DNA from: Gammaproteobacteria bacterium
GTDB lineage: Bacteria > Pseudomonadota > Gammaproteobacteria > UBA4575
Reading direction: 5' to 3'
Assembly: GCA_965205685.1 (NCBI GenBank)
Contig: OZ242174.1
Span: 285,231-349,230 of the forward strand
DNA length: 64,000 nt
The position numbers and the translations under genes were made by a program. This document shows, one piece after another, positions 37,248 through 46,684 of this stretch. The notes under the pieces were generated by a model. That model saw only the letters and a program-made list of their open reading frames with translations. It was not told the origin of the DNA and searched no databases. The stretch's first letter is position 1. Each line of letters starts with the position of its first letter.

Positions 37248-38663
37248 ATGGAGCATTGTGAAATCATACCCGGAGAGCAGGATGCCTGGGTGCCCGCAGC
37301 ACGTGTGCAGGCCCCGCACCCGCCTTCTGATCCCAGCTCATCATTCATCCGCCGCTCATGGCGCGTTGCAGCTTTTGCATGTGTCGCCGGGCTGGTGCTC
37401 GCACCTGCCTCGGCCCGGTCCGATTCGATCGGGTCACATCTTGAAGGATTCTCGTCACAGGTGGGCGCATGCGAGACCGCGTTCGGCGAGGCACTGTCTG
37501 ACGGGGCTGACTGTCTCATCGGTCAGGGCCTGAATTATCTGCTGAATGAAGGCGCCAGTCAGGTGCGCGAGTACGGCGTGCAGGCTTTTGGCCCCCACTT
37601 CCAGGTGGTCGCGAACCCGGCCGCTTCCATGCTCGGTGATGGCGTGCGCATCGGCGGAGAGCTGGACGTCGTCATCCCGTTCGCCGGCGACACGTCCCTG
37701 GCACTGTCCGAGCCGTCGACCTCCGCACTGTTTGTGCAGCAGGGCATCACCCGCTGGTGGGACGGCGAAGGGCGGTTACACAACGATCTTCGGTTCGGGC
37801 TCGTCTACCGCTTTCGCATGGGCGGACAGGCGGATGCGGATATCCTCGGCGTCTCCCTGTTGCAACAGCATAATGTCGAGTCGCAGCACGAGGTGCTGGT
37901 CTCCGGGATCGACTACCAGGGCCGTCTTGGGAACGGCTCGTTTCGCTATTACAGCCCGACCACGGGCTGGCGCACCAACCGCCTGGCGCAAAAAGAGCGC
38001 GCCCTCGAGGGCGCGGAGTTTGGGACCCGTCTTGACCTGACCACCACCTTGCGCATGCAGGCCACCGGTTATCGCTGGCAGGCCGGGGACGGTTCCGGGC
38101 GCTGGACAGATGGCATGCGCCTCGGCTTCGGACTGCGACCGCATCCGTGGCTGAACCTGACCGGCGAGTACGACCATGCGAGTACGCGAGAAGGCGGGCT
38201 GTCCCTGCATGCCGGGCTGCGGATTCCGTTCGGCCAGCTGCCAAAGCCGCCACGCTGGCAAGGGCTGGGGGTGGCCGAGGACACGTCCACCTCGGACGAA
38301 TCCCAGCTGTGGCGACCGGTCGAGGACACAGGACGCATCCGGGTAGCGACGCTGAGCGAGGTCGCCGGGATCAGCGGCGAAGTGGAGATCTATTTCCTGC
38401 AGGATGAAGCGTCCAGTGGAAGCACGGTGGAACTGGAAGTCGTGCTGGCGTCTGAAGCCCAGGCGGACACCACGCTCGAGGTCCGCCTGGTGCCGGGAAG
38501 CGGTGACAACCCTGCCGTACCCGGCGTGGACTTTGTCGACCAGCCGGTGCAGATGGTGATTTCGCAGGGTGCGACCAGCGGCAGGGTTTCGATCCAGCTG
38601 TTGCAAAACGAAGACCAGCAGGAAAACCGCAGCTTGAGTGCGACAGTATCGGTGCTCACGTGA
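37248..38663 (+). CDS. intimin/invasin-like (inverse-autotransporter-type) outer-membrane beta-barrel protein with C-terminal Calx-beta domain
   Basis: Signal peptide RRSWRVAAFACVAGLVLAPASA. The central beta-rich region contains HNDLRFGLVYRF and GIDYQGRLGNGSFRYYSPTTGWR. The C-terminus has a Calx-beta-like segment. The start is uncertain. Confidence 0.5.
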   Translation: MEHCEIIPGEQDAWVPAARVQAPHPPSDPSSSFIRRSWRVAAFACVAGLVLAPASARSDSIGSHLEGFSSQVGACETAFGEALSDGADCLIGQGLNYLLNEGASQVREYGVQAFGPHFQVVANPAASMLGDGVRIGGELDVVIPFAGDTSLALSEPSTSALFVQQGITRWWDGEGRLHNDLRFGLVYRFRMGGQADADILGVSLLQQHNVESQHEVLVSGIDYQGRLGNGSFRYYSPTTGWRTNRLAQKERALEGAEFGTRLDLTTTLRMQATGYRWQAGDGSGRWTDGMRLGFGLRPHPWLNLTGEYDHASTREGGLSLHAGLRIPFGQLPKPPRWQGLGVAEDTSTSDESQLWRPVEDTGRIRVATLSEVAGISGEVEIYFLQDEASSGSTVELEVVLASEAQADTTLEVRLVPGSGDNPAVPGVDFVDQPVQMVISQGATSGRVSIQLLQNEDQQENRSLSATVSVLT

Positions 38664-39355
38664 GCCCTGCGCTGCAGTCGGAAATTGGCAGAAGGATTCG
38701 GGGAATCGGATGCAAGGACCGCACTGACATCACCGGATATACGCCATCGCGAACGAGCACCCTGACTCTCGCATTTGCCATCCTTGTCCTGTCGGCCTGC
38801 AGCGGCGGCGGTGGTGGCTCATCCGCACCGGATATGGAAAGCAGTGGCCCGCCCGCGCCGAATTCGGGAAATACCGTTGTCTCCACTACCGAGATGACAA
38901 TCACACCGCCCCAGATGCCCGGCCAGAGCCAAAGCCAGACCCCTACACCGCCCCAGACATCCAGTCAGAGCCAGACCTCCACACCGCCCCAGACTCCCGT
39001 CCCGAGTAACAGCAATAGCAACACACCAGGGAACACGCCACCTACTTGCACGGTCGGCCTTACGTTGGATTCCAGCAGGACCAGGTGTTACGGCGAACAA
39101 TTCTCGGAGAGCAGCCAGCCAACGTACACCATTGGTTTGAGCTACTACGAGGGTTCGATGGTGTGGCTCATGAGATATAGCGGAACGAGATCAGTCGGAT
39201 ATTCTTCTGGAGAAGCCTGTCTTTCAATAGCCGGGTTTGTCGCTACAAGAGCAGCGGACGGCGAGACATGGACGATCCAGCAGACTCACTATCCCGATAT
39301 TGATAACAACGTCTTTGGACTCGATTGTGATGGCCACCAGTTAGTATCAAGATAA
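38660..39355 (+). CDS. lipoprotein with S/T/P/Q-rich low-complexity linker
   Basis: Lipobox LVLSAC followed by GGGGGSS and Pro/Gln/Thr-rich repeats. Overlaps the upstream gene by 4 nt. Confidence 0.4.
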   Translation: MSPALQSEIGRRIRGIGCKDRTDITGYTPSRTSTLTLAFAILVLSACSGGGGGSSAPDMESSGPPAPNSGNTVVSTTEMTITPPQMPGQSQSQTPTPPQTSSQSQTSTPPQTPVPSNSNSNTPGNTPPTCTVGLTLDSSRTRCYGEQFSESSQPTYTIGLSYYEGSMVWLMRYSGTRSVGYSSGEACLSIAGFVATRAADGETWTIQQTHYPDIDNNVFGLDCDGHQLVSR

Positions 39356-39814
39356 CCGGAACGCTGCGAACGGGCACCCTGATTCTTGCTTTTGCCATGC
39401 ACATGACTGTCTGCATGTCGCGGCAGCCGTGGCTCATCCGCATCCGAAGTTGCATCCTGCGTGTCCACAAGCACCGTGCCGGCAGACCACGCCTTAGAAC
39501 ACCTGATCACACCGCTTGTAGACCCGGCGCCCCAAAGCGGCGTGTCGACCCCGGCCCAAGACGTGGTGCACCCCCCCGACGCCCCACAAACGACTGCGCG
39601 CAGGGCTGCAACGGCGACGTGGCCTTTACGACCATCGTTTCGCAGAGTAAGAGCCCGGATGCCGAGGAATCCGTTTCGTTCACCTGCCAGTAAACCCCGC
39701 TGCATCCTGCTGTCCGGCTCTTACCCGCTGGCCACACACAAACGGCCCTTGTCCCAGGCTGGCGGAACTGCACGGCAGCTCCGGCAGGTCACGGTGGCTG
39801 TGTATCTCAGGGGG

Positions 39815-40615
39815 ATGATTCTGTCCATGTTGAATTTGGGGTATACATCTTTCATGTTCAGGTTCGTGCTCACGGGTTGGCTGGTATGGGTGATGCCCGC
39901 CCTGGCCTTGGCGGGCATGCAGGCGGATCGCGCTCCGGTTGAACTGGACGGGGTGCTTGCACCTCTCGGTTCAGGGGTGGAGTCCGGCCTGGATGAGGCG
40001 CCCAGTGATACCGATCGATACACTGTAGACCGATACCGTAATGCAGCGGAAGCCGGGCATGCCTGGGCCCAGTTCAGACTGGGTCTCATGTATGCCGAAG
40101 GCGGTGCAGTGGCCCCGGATGCCCGTGTGGCGGTGTTCTGGTTTCGCAAGGCTGCGGCGCAGGAACATGCCGCAGCCCAGTACGCGCTGGGCGTGGTGCA
40201 TGCGTTCGGGCATGGCGTGGCCCGGGATGAGGTGCTGGCCGTGCACTGGTTTCGGGTTGCGGCCGAGCAGGGATACCCCTTGGCCCAGCACGACCTCGGT
40301 CTCATGTACTACAAGGGGATGGGGGTGGAAAAGGACGATGCCGAGGCGGTGCGCTGGTGGATGAAAGCGGCCGAGCAGGGCAATGCCCCGGCCCAGTCCA
40401 AGCTCGGCGCCATGTACATCCGTGGCACCGGAGTGCCGCGCGATCACGTGCAGGCCTACGCCTGGATCAGCATCGCGGCCGCTCGCGGGGATGTCGCGGC
40501 CACGAAGGCCATGGCCATGATCGACGAAATCCTCACGCCAAGTGAGCGCGAGCGCGCCAGGCAATTGTCCGGCGAATACCGCCGCACCTACGGCCCGTTA
40601 CCCCCGCCCCGCTGA
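39815..40615 (+). CDS. Sel1-repeat (TPR-like) exported protein
   Basis: At least five Sel1 repeats (AWAQFRLGLMYAEG, AQYALGVVHAFGHGV, AQHDLGLMYYKGMGV, AQSKLGAMYIRGTGV). Hydrophobic N-terminus. Alternative start at 39854. Confidence 0.7.
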   Translation: MILSMLNLGYTSFMFRFVLTGWLVWVMPALALAGMQADRAPVELDGVLAPLGSGVESGLDEAPSDTDRYTVDRYRNAAEAGHAWAQFRLGLMYAEGGAVAPDARVAVFWFRKAAAQEHAAAQYALGVVHAFGHGVARDEVLAVHWFRVAAEQGYPLAQHDLGLMYYKGMGVEKDDAEAVRWWMKAAEQGNAPAQSKLGAMYIRGTGVPRDHVQAYAWISIAAARGDVAATKAMAMIDEILTPSERERARQLSGEYRRTYGPLPPPR

Positions 40616-40670
40616 GGGCATGGGAGGATCGGGCGCGCACGGGCCGGCACGGATACGTGGATGGGCCTAG

Positions 40671-40952
40671 CTATTCCGCCGCGAGGGCATCGAAGGTGTC
40701 GATATCCAGTGCGGGAGCAGTCTGGAACCTTGCGCCCGTGAGGCGGCTCAGGCCCAGGGAAATCTTCGCCGCCGCTTCGATATCCGGCAGCTCGACAATC
40801 AGTACCAGGTCGGTGGACCCGAGCAGCGTGTAGATCCCGACGGTCTCCCCGCCGGCATCCTGAATCAGTTTTTTTGCCTTCTCGGTGCGTAATGCATCGA
40901 TCCCTTCCAGGGATTCCTTTGAATAGCTTCCAAACATGAAGAACGTGGTCAT
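40671..40952 (-). CDS. GYD-domain protein
   Basis: The start MTTFFMFGSYSKESLEGI is typical of the GYD family. Length 93 aa. Confidence 0.65.
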   Translation of the reverse strand: MTTFFMFGSYSKESLEGIDALRTEKAKKLIQDAGGETVGIYTLLGSTDLVLIVELPDIEAAAKISLGLSRLTGARFQTAPALDIDTFDALAAE

Positions 40953-41022
40953 GGTGTCCTCCTGTGATCGGAATTCATGGAGAGCCCCATGGTACCACGG
41001 CGGCACCAAGCAAGGGCGTGGG

Positions 41023-42315
41023 TTAGCCCGGATCCTGCGCGAAGTACTCCTCGGTGCCCTGTTCGCGAATGGCCCCGACGATGCGCTTGACCCCGTGCAG
41101 GTAGGCTGCAGTTCGAAGGCTCACGTCCTCGTCCCCGGCGGCCTCGAAAATATGGTCGGCTTCACGCTCCATGGTCTTTTTCAGGCGCCGCGTCACCTCG
41201 GCTTCCTCCCAGTACAGCCCGGACCGGTTTTGCAGCCATTCGAAGTAGCTGACCGTCACCCCGCCCGAGTTCACCAGTACGTCGGGCAGCACGGTGATTC
41301 CACGCTGGCCCAGCACTGCATCGCTGCGCGAGTCCACCGGGCCGTTGGCGATCTCCAGCAGGCAGGAAGCCCGGATGCGCCCGACGTTGTCTTCGGTGAC
41401 CTGGTTTTCCAGGGCCGCGAGCGCCAGCACGTCGACGTCGAGCTCCAGCAACTCCTGGTTGGTGATGACCTTGTAGACGTTCGACTCGCACAACGAGGAG
41501 TCGCAGTACAGCATCTGGCTGATCTCGCGGTGCGTGCGTTTCTGGGCCATCAGCAGCTCCGGATCCAGGCCGGCATCGGAATACACCGCACCCCTGGAAT
41601 CGGAGATCGCGACGATGCGGTACCCCGCTTGGTGGGCGAGACAGGCGAAATGCGCCCCGGCATTGCCGAAACCCTGCACGGCGATACGCATTTTACTGGG
41701 ATCCAGCCCGGCGCGCTCGACCCAGCGCTCCAGCACGAACAGGGCGCCCTGGCCGGTGGCAGCCTCGCGCCCCAGCGAGCCGCCCAGGTGCACGGGCTTG
41801 CCGGTGATGACCCCGGGCACGTTCTTGCGTACGATGGTGTAGTACTCGTCCGCCATCCAGCCCATGATGGTGGCATTGGTGTACATGTCCGGGGCCGGGA
41901 TGTCGCGTGTCGGCCCGATGATGTCGGCAATGGCGCGGATGTAGCCTCGCGAGAGACGCTCGAGTTCCAGGCGCGAGAGCGATTTCGCGTCCACGGCAAT
42001 GCCGCCCTTGGCCCCGCCGTAGGGCAGGCCGGCGACCGCGCACTTGATGGTCATCCAGAAGGCCAGCGAGGTGACCTCGTCGGCACTCACCTGCGGATGA
42101 AACCGCACGCCGCCCTTGGTCGGCCCGCGAATGTCGTTGTACTGCACCCGGTAGCCCTGCAGCACGCGAAGGCGCCCGTCATCCATGCGCAACGGAATGT
42201 TGACCTCCAGCATGATCTTGGGGTGCGCGAGGCGCTCATCGACATCATCGGAGGCCTCGATGCGGCTGAACACATCGGCCAAGCGGGCCTTGGCATCCTG
42301 GAAGGTGTTATTCAT
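41023..42315 (-). CDS. gdhA: Glu/Leu/Phe/Val-family glutamate dehydrogenase
   Basis: Catalytic lysine context LPYGGAKGGIAVD. NAD(P) fold GFGNAGAH. Length 430 aa. Confidence 0.85.
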   Translation of the reverse strand: MNNTFQDAKARLADVFSRIEASDDVDERLAHPKIMLEVNIPLRMDDGRLRVLQGYRVQYNDIRGPTKGGVRFHPQVSADEVTSLAFWMTIKCAVAGLPYGGAKGGIAVDAKSLSRLELERLSRGYIRAIADIIGPTRDIPAPDMYTNATIMGWMADEYYTIVRKNVPGVITGKPVHLGGSLGREAATGQGALFVLERWVERAGLDPSKMRIAVQGFGNAGAHFACLAHQAGYRIVAISDSRGAVYSDAGLDPELLMAQKRTHREISQMLYCDSSLCESNVYKVITNQELLELDVDVLALAALENQVTEDNVGRIRASCLLEIANGPVDSRSDAVLGQRGITVLPDVLVNSGGVTVSYFEWLQNRSGLYWEEAEVTRRLKKTMEREADHIFEAAGDEDVSLRTAAYLHGVKRIVGAIREQGTEEYFAQDPG

Positions 42316-42583
42316 CGGGTATTCCTTGGACTATCTCGACGTCCTGCTCATCAGACCGGTAAAAGCATGCAGGGGTTCACAGGAATGTCGTGTATATAAA
42401 AGGCTTTCAGAGCCCCTTGTCGCCGGGTGCCGGGTGCCTTAGTATACCCACAAGGGATTGCTTCATTTCAATGAAACCGGAGTAAGAACAAAAACATACA
42501 ATATCTAGACTGACTGGATTTTACGGCCCCTATATATGGGGTATAATCGTGGAATTCGGAGCGAACCCAAAAGGATCCTACCT

Positions 42584-43777
42584 ATGAAATATCTCAATTT
42601 GATTACATTGCGCAAGGCCATGAAGCCCCTACAGGTCTTCGTGGTTGCGATGGCTATGTTCATGGCGGGCTCTGTACAGGCGGGCGGGAGTGCAGACATG
42701 CACACCCTGGAATCGCTGGTAGAGACCATCAAGGAACAGCAACGCCAGTTGGAGGCACTGCAAAAGCAGGTGGAACATCTCAAGGAGGTGGCCACCGCAG
42801 CAGACAGCCATGCCAAGCATGCGGTAGCGGAGGCACAGAAGAAGCAGGGCGTGGTCCTCTATGGCAGCCTTCGTCCCTCGTTGACCTATAGTGACTTTGG
42901 CGATGACACCAACTATGACGTGACGGACTTTCTCTCCCGTGTGGGCGTAAAGGGCCATGTGGATATCAGCGAGGGCCTGACCGCCTTTTATCGGGGTGAG
43001 TGGGATGTCGACATCGAAAACAACGGTGACTTCGGTGATGCACGCCTGGCCTATGTCGGAGTCACGACCGGGCTTGGCCAGATCGCCATTGGCAAGCAGT
43101 GGGACCCGCATTTCAACATCGTGGCGGAGGTGACTGACATCTTCAACCACCGCGCGAGCCCGTTCGGTTACGATGATGTCGGCCCGTTCCGCACCAACCA
43201 ACTGGTGACCTATAAGGCCCAGATGGGCGGCCTCAACATCCAGGCCGGTGCACGCTTTGACGGCACATCGGACAACAGTGCGGGAGGCGACAACAGCGGT
43301 GCCTCAGAGCCTGACGATGCGGATGCCGGCTCGCTTGGCATCGGTTACCGCATGGGACCCCTGTATGCCGGGGTGTCCTACCTTGAGGTGCACCATGCCG
43401 AAGACCGCGAGCAGACCTTCATGGGGTTTGGCGCCAGCATGGACGTGTCGGAGAACCTGTATCTCGCCGTTACCTACCAGGACATCGATGACGACGACCG
43501 GCTGGTGGACAATGCTGCCATGGATCTGGACCAGTCTACGCTGGACATCGCCGCAGCCATGGGGCTCGGTGGGGGCTACAAGCTCAAGGCCGCCTACTTT
43601 GACTGGGACGGTGATGATGTAGATCGCAGCTTCGACGGTTACAACCTGACGCTGGAGAATCAGATCAACAAAAACTTGCGCGTCTACGCGGAATGGCTGC
43701 AGCGTGACATCGACGACGTCGACGAGCACGATCACATCAGCGTCGGCTTTCGCTACGACTTCGAAGCGGAACTGTAG
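42584..43777 (+). CDS. Gram-negative porin
   Basis: Signal peptide, beta-rich sequence and C-terminus …ISVGFRYDFEAEL. Start at internal Met MKYLNL. Confidence 0.65.
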   Translation: MKYLNLITLRKAMKPLQVFVVAMAMFMAGSVQAGGSADMHTLESLVETIKEQQRQLEALQKQVEHLKEVATAADSHAKHAVAEAQKKQGVVLYGSLRPSLTYSDFGDDTNYDVTDFLSRVGVKGHVDISEGLTAFYRGEWDVDIENNGDFGDARLAYVGVTTGLGQIAIGKQWDPHFNIVAEVTDIFNHRASPFGYDDVGPFRTNQLVTYKAQMGGLNIQAGARFDGTSDNSAGGDNSGASEPDDADAGSLGIGYRMGPLYAGVSYLEVHHAEDREQTFMGFGASMDVSENLYLAVTYQDIDDDDRLVDNAAMDLDQSTLDIAAAMGLGGGYKLKAAYFDWDGDDVDRSFDGYNLTLENQINKNLRVYAEWLQRDIDDVDEHDHISVGFRYDFEAEL

Positions 43778-43889
43778 GAAACGCTTCTATCTACAGCTCT
43801 TCCCGGGTGGCGCACTCGCCACCCGGGGCAGGGCTTCAATTTTGTTCTTGTCTTTGACCTGATTGGCCCCGGCGAAAAGTGCCGGCGGT

Positions 43890-44672
43890 TCAGTCAAACG
43901 GATTCCACCAACGCTTTTTCTTGTCCTTGCGAGCCGGTTCCGGCCGGTCGCTTCGAGGGTCTGCTCCAGCCACACGCGAAAGGGTCTTCAGGGCTGCGGC
44001 GATCTGGCTTGCGGTGTGCCCGCCGCGGATCGCGATGCGGGTTGAATTGCTGCGCTTCTGCCAGTTGAAATGCGGCTTGAGCTTCTGCTGGTATTTTCTC
44101 GGATACTCGGTGAAGTCCTGCTGCGGGAAGCGCTGGATCCTGCCCTCGATGGTGACCGTGGCCTTGCCGAACAGCCCGAATTCGCGGCCGTACTTGCCGA
44201 CTCCCAGGCCTGCACGCATGATGCGAAAATCGACCTCGGGGCATAGCTTGAGATGCTGGGGGAAATCCGGATCCTCTCGCACCTCCAGGCAGGCCTGCTT
44301 GGTGTACTGGAGCGAGTCCTCGTCCACCATCAGCCCGATCACGTCCGCACCGGACACCAGCGTCTCGATCGCGGCGCGCTCTCGCTCCGTGAAGCCGCTG
44401 AGGTCCATGTCGGTCTCCTGCGCACGGGCATCCTGGCCGCGCCCGCTCCGGATCTCGCGCCGGGGTGCGCGCTCGATGACGACCGCCGGCGGCTCGTACG
44501 GGGTGTATTCGGGGATATCGGAGGTGTCAACCGAGCAGATCTTGGTGATCTGTTCCTGGGTGAAGCCCCGGTCGAGGTAGAACTGCACGTCTTCCGGATC
44601 GCAGGCGGCAAAGCCATCGGCTGCCAGCGCAAGCCACAGGCCAACGGGCCATAAGATTCGTCGCATCCGCAT
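43890..44672 (-). CDS. hypothetical exported protein
   Basis: Signal peptide MRMRRILWPVGLWLALAADGFAA. No family recognised. Confidence 0.45.
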   Translation of the reverse strand: MRMRRILWPVGLWLALAADGFAACDPEDVQFYLDRGFTQEQITKICSVDTSDIPEYTPYEPPAVVIERAPRREIRSGRGQDARAQETDMDLSGFTERERAAIETLVSGADVIGLMVDEDSLQYTKQACLEVREDPDFPQHLKLCPEVDFRIMRAGLGVGKYGREFGLFGKATVTIEGRIQRFPQQDFTEYPRKYQQKLKPHFNWQKRSNSTRIAIRGGHTASQIAAALKTLSRVAGADPRSDRPEPARKDKKKRWWNPFD

Positions 44673-44768
44673 CAGTGAGTCGTGGTAAAGGGGAGCCTGT
44701 ATGATTGCTGCGCCATGGTAATCAATGCGCACAGAACAAGCAAATTAGAGACGTGCGAGCCAATGGAT

Positions 44769-44802
44769 GGGAAAAAAACAGGTGCCCGAAGCCGGGCACC
44801 TG
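44769..44802 (-). terminator. Rho-independent terminator (minus strand)
   Basis: Perfect 10-bp stem CAGGTGCCCG-aagc-CGGGCACCTG followed on the minus strand by T7-8. It lies ~380 nt downstream of the SOUL gene stop. Coordinates are approximate to within 2 nt. Confidence 0.5.
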
Positions 44803-45179
44803 TCGTGTGCTTCCCCGCTACGTCCCTGGCTGAAAAGCACCAAAACTGCAGTGGACTTAGGTGTCCAGACCACTGCATAGAAACTCCTCAAATGGATACC
44901 TGCTGGCGGACTCTCCTCTTGATCCGGCAGGCTGAGCTTCCCTCCCCCCTGGCAATTTCAGGCCTGTTCGTGGATGCAAAGTCGGCGTTCCTTGCCGACT
45001 CTACATCACCAGTCGATGCAACGGAGGTCGCATCGGGAATACACACTGCCTTGTATTTCAAGCAAAGTCAAGCACTATATGTAGTATTTTAATGCAAATT
45101 CCTAGTTTGGTGTCCTAACCTCCCTTTTCGACCATCTCCGAAGCCCCCGGTAGCCTGCCTGTACGGGGTTACACGCACG

Positions 45180-45848
45180 TTATGGCAGGCTCACCAGTAC
45201 CTCGTTTCTGCGAAGCGCAGGCAGCGTCCAGGGCGGGTTGTACCCTGCGATCTGCCAGTCGCCCGCATGTTCGAGACCGCGGGCTTCAAGCCATTCTGCC
45301 AGCTCCTTTCGGGCGGTCTCCGCCGAGCTGTCGTTGAGGCGTCCACGAAACACGATGCAGGCGATGCGGTGTGCACCGATGTCGGTGACGGTGATTCGTT
45401 CATCCTGCGGCTGCGGTGCACTGGCCTTGGCATAACCCTGCGGCAGCACGAAGGCAATGCTCCAGGTGTCGATGCCATCACCCACCAGGGTACCCGTTTC
45501 TCCGGATCCGGCTTGCGGTTCGATGAGTACCGGTGCGGCCATCTCGATGACTTCTGGTTGGGGTGTGATCAGCACCGGGGCTGTCATGTCGATGTCGGTC
45601 GTGGTTTGATTGTCCCCTGTGATGTACCCGAACAGTCGGCGAAAGCCGGTGCGGGTGGCTTCCCGGTAGGTAGCGGTGACAGTGGTGCGGGCAATGGCAT
45701 AACCTTCGTATTCGCGCACTTCAATGAGCCCGTCTTTGAGGGTGGCGCGATAGGCGGGTTCTTCCGCTGCCTTGCCTCCCAGCAAGGTGCAGGCGGACAG
45801 GATGAACGGCAGCATGACGGCTAAAAGGATGGGGTACCGGCGCTTCAT
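45180..45848 (-). CDS. SOUL heme-binding-family lipoprotein
   Basis: Start MKRRYPILLAVMLPFILSAC (lipobox). The rest matches SOUL/HBP-family features. Confidence 0.65.
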   Translation of the reverse strand: MKRRYPILLAVMLPFILSACTLLGGKAAEEPAYRATLKDGLIEVREYEGYAIARTTVTATYREATRTGFRRLFGYITGDNQTTTDIDMTAPVLITPQPEVIEMAAPVLIEPQAGSGETGTLVGDGIDTWSIAFVLPQGYAKASAPQPQDERITVTDIGAHRIACIVFRGRLNDSSAETARKELAEWLEARGLEHAGDWQIAGYNPPWTLPALRRNEVLVSLP

Positions 45849-46087
45849 ATATGCCTCCTCAAATAGGATGCTCCAGTTCCTGGTCAGGAAGTCCATGTCT
45901 GGCCCAGGGGTTGTCTGAATTGAAACACCTGCGGACCCTCCGGTTTGAATTATTTTAGGATGATCTATAATAATATATTTATCTATAATTATGATGAGTG
46001 TATATGTATTGTATACAGATCAAGAATTCTGATTTAATCTGTATTAATATATATAATTAATCTTATGATTTATAATAACCTATCGAT

Positions 46088-46684
46088 ATGACCTACACCA
46101 CTGAACATATTACCCAGACACTCAAGCGCGCCCGAGAGGCTCAAGCGCTCAGCCAGCGCACACTCGGCACCCAAGCCGGTGTGCCCCAGGGACATATCTC
46201 GAAAATCGAAAACGGGGCCGTGGACCTGCGTATATCGAGTCTGGTCGAGCTTGCACGCGTGCTGGGTTTGGAGGTCATGCTCGTGCCCCGCAAAAGCGTT
46301 TCAGCCGTGCAGGCCTTGGTGCGAAACACAGGGGGACTTGGCGAGGGACCTGCGCCCAAGGCACCTAGGGAATTAGGTCGATTGCAAGGCAGGATCGCCA
46401 ACCTTGTGCAAAAGCACCCCACTGTGCATGAGGTGGCGCAGCTGCACCGCCAGGCAAACGAATTGGCACATGTTCGTATCCCGCAGGACCACCTTGCAGT
46501 GATCAGGGCGGTGGAGGATCTGGTAGAGGAGTATTCCAGTGACAGCATGCGCACGGTTTCCCTGGTTGAGGCGTTTGAACGGATTCGCCGCCTGCGCAAT
46601 AAACTGGCCCATGGAGTTGAAGCTCAGCAGGATGATCCGCAAGTGCGCCCGGCCTATCGTTTGGACGAGGATGAGGATGGCTGA
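46088..46684 (+). CDS. hipB: HipB-like XRE-family HTH antitoxin with long C-terminal extension
   Basis: HTH LSQRTLGTQAGVPQGHISKIENG. Its stop overlaps the hipA start by 8 nt. Confidence 0.7.
   Translation: MTYTTEHITQTLKRAREAQALSQRTLGTQAGVPQGHISKIENGAVDLRISSLVELARVLGLEVMLVPRKSVSAVQALVRNTGGLGEGPAPKAPRELGRLQGRIANLVQKHPTVHEVAQLHRQANELAHVRIPQDHLAVIRAVEDLVEEYSSDSMRTVSLVEAFERIRRLRNKLAHGVEAQQDDPQVRPAYRLDEDEDG

Noticed and set aside
40936-42399. 487-aa plus-strand ORF
   Set aside because: It is antisense to the glutamate dehydrogenase gene, which has the GGAKGG catalytic motif.
44682-45092. 136-aa plus-strand ORF in the gap upstream of the SOUL gene terminator
   Set aside because: There is no RBS, the composition is odd, and it overlaps hairpin-rich sequence. 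It was treated as non-coding (a possible sRNA region instead).
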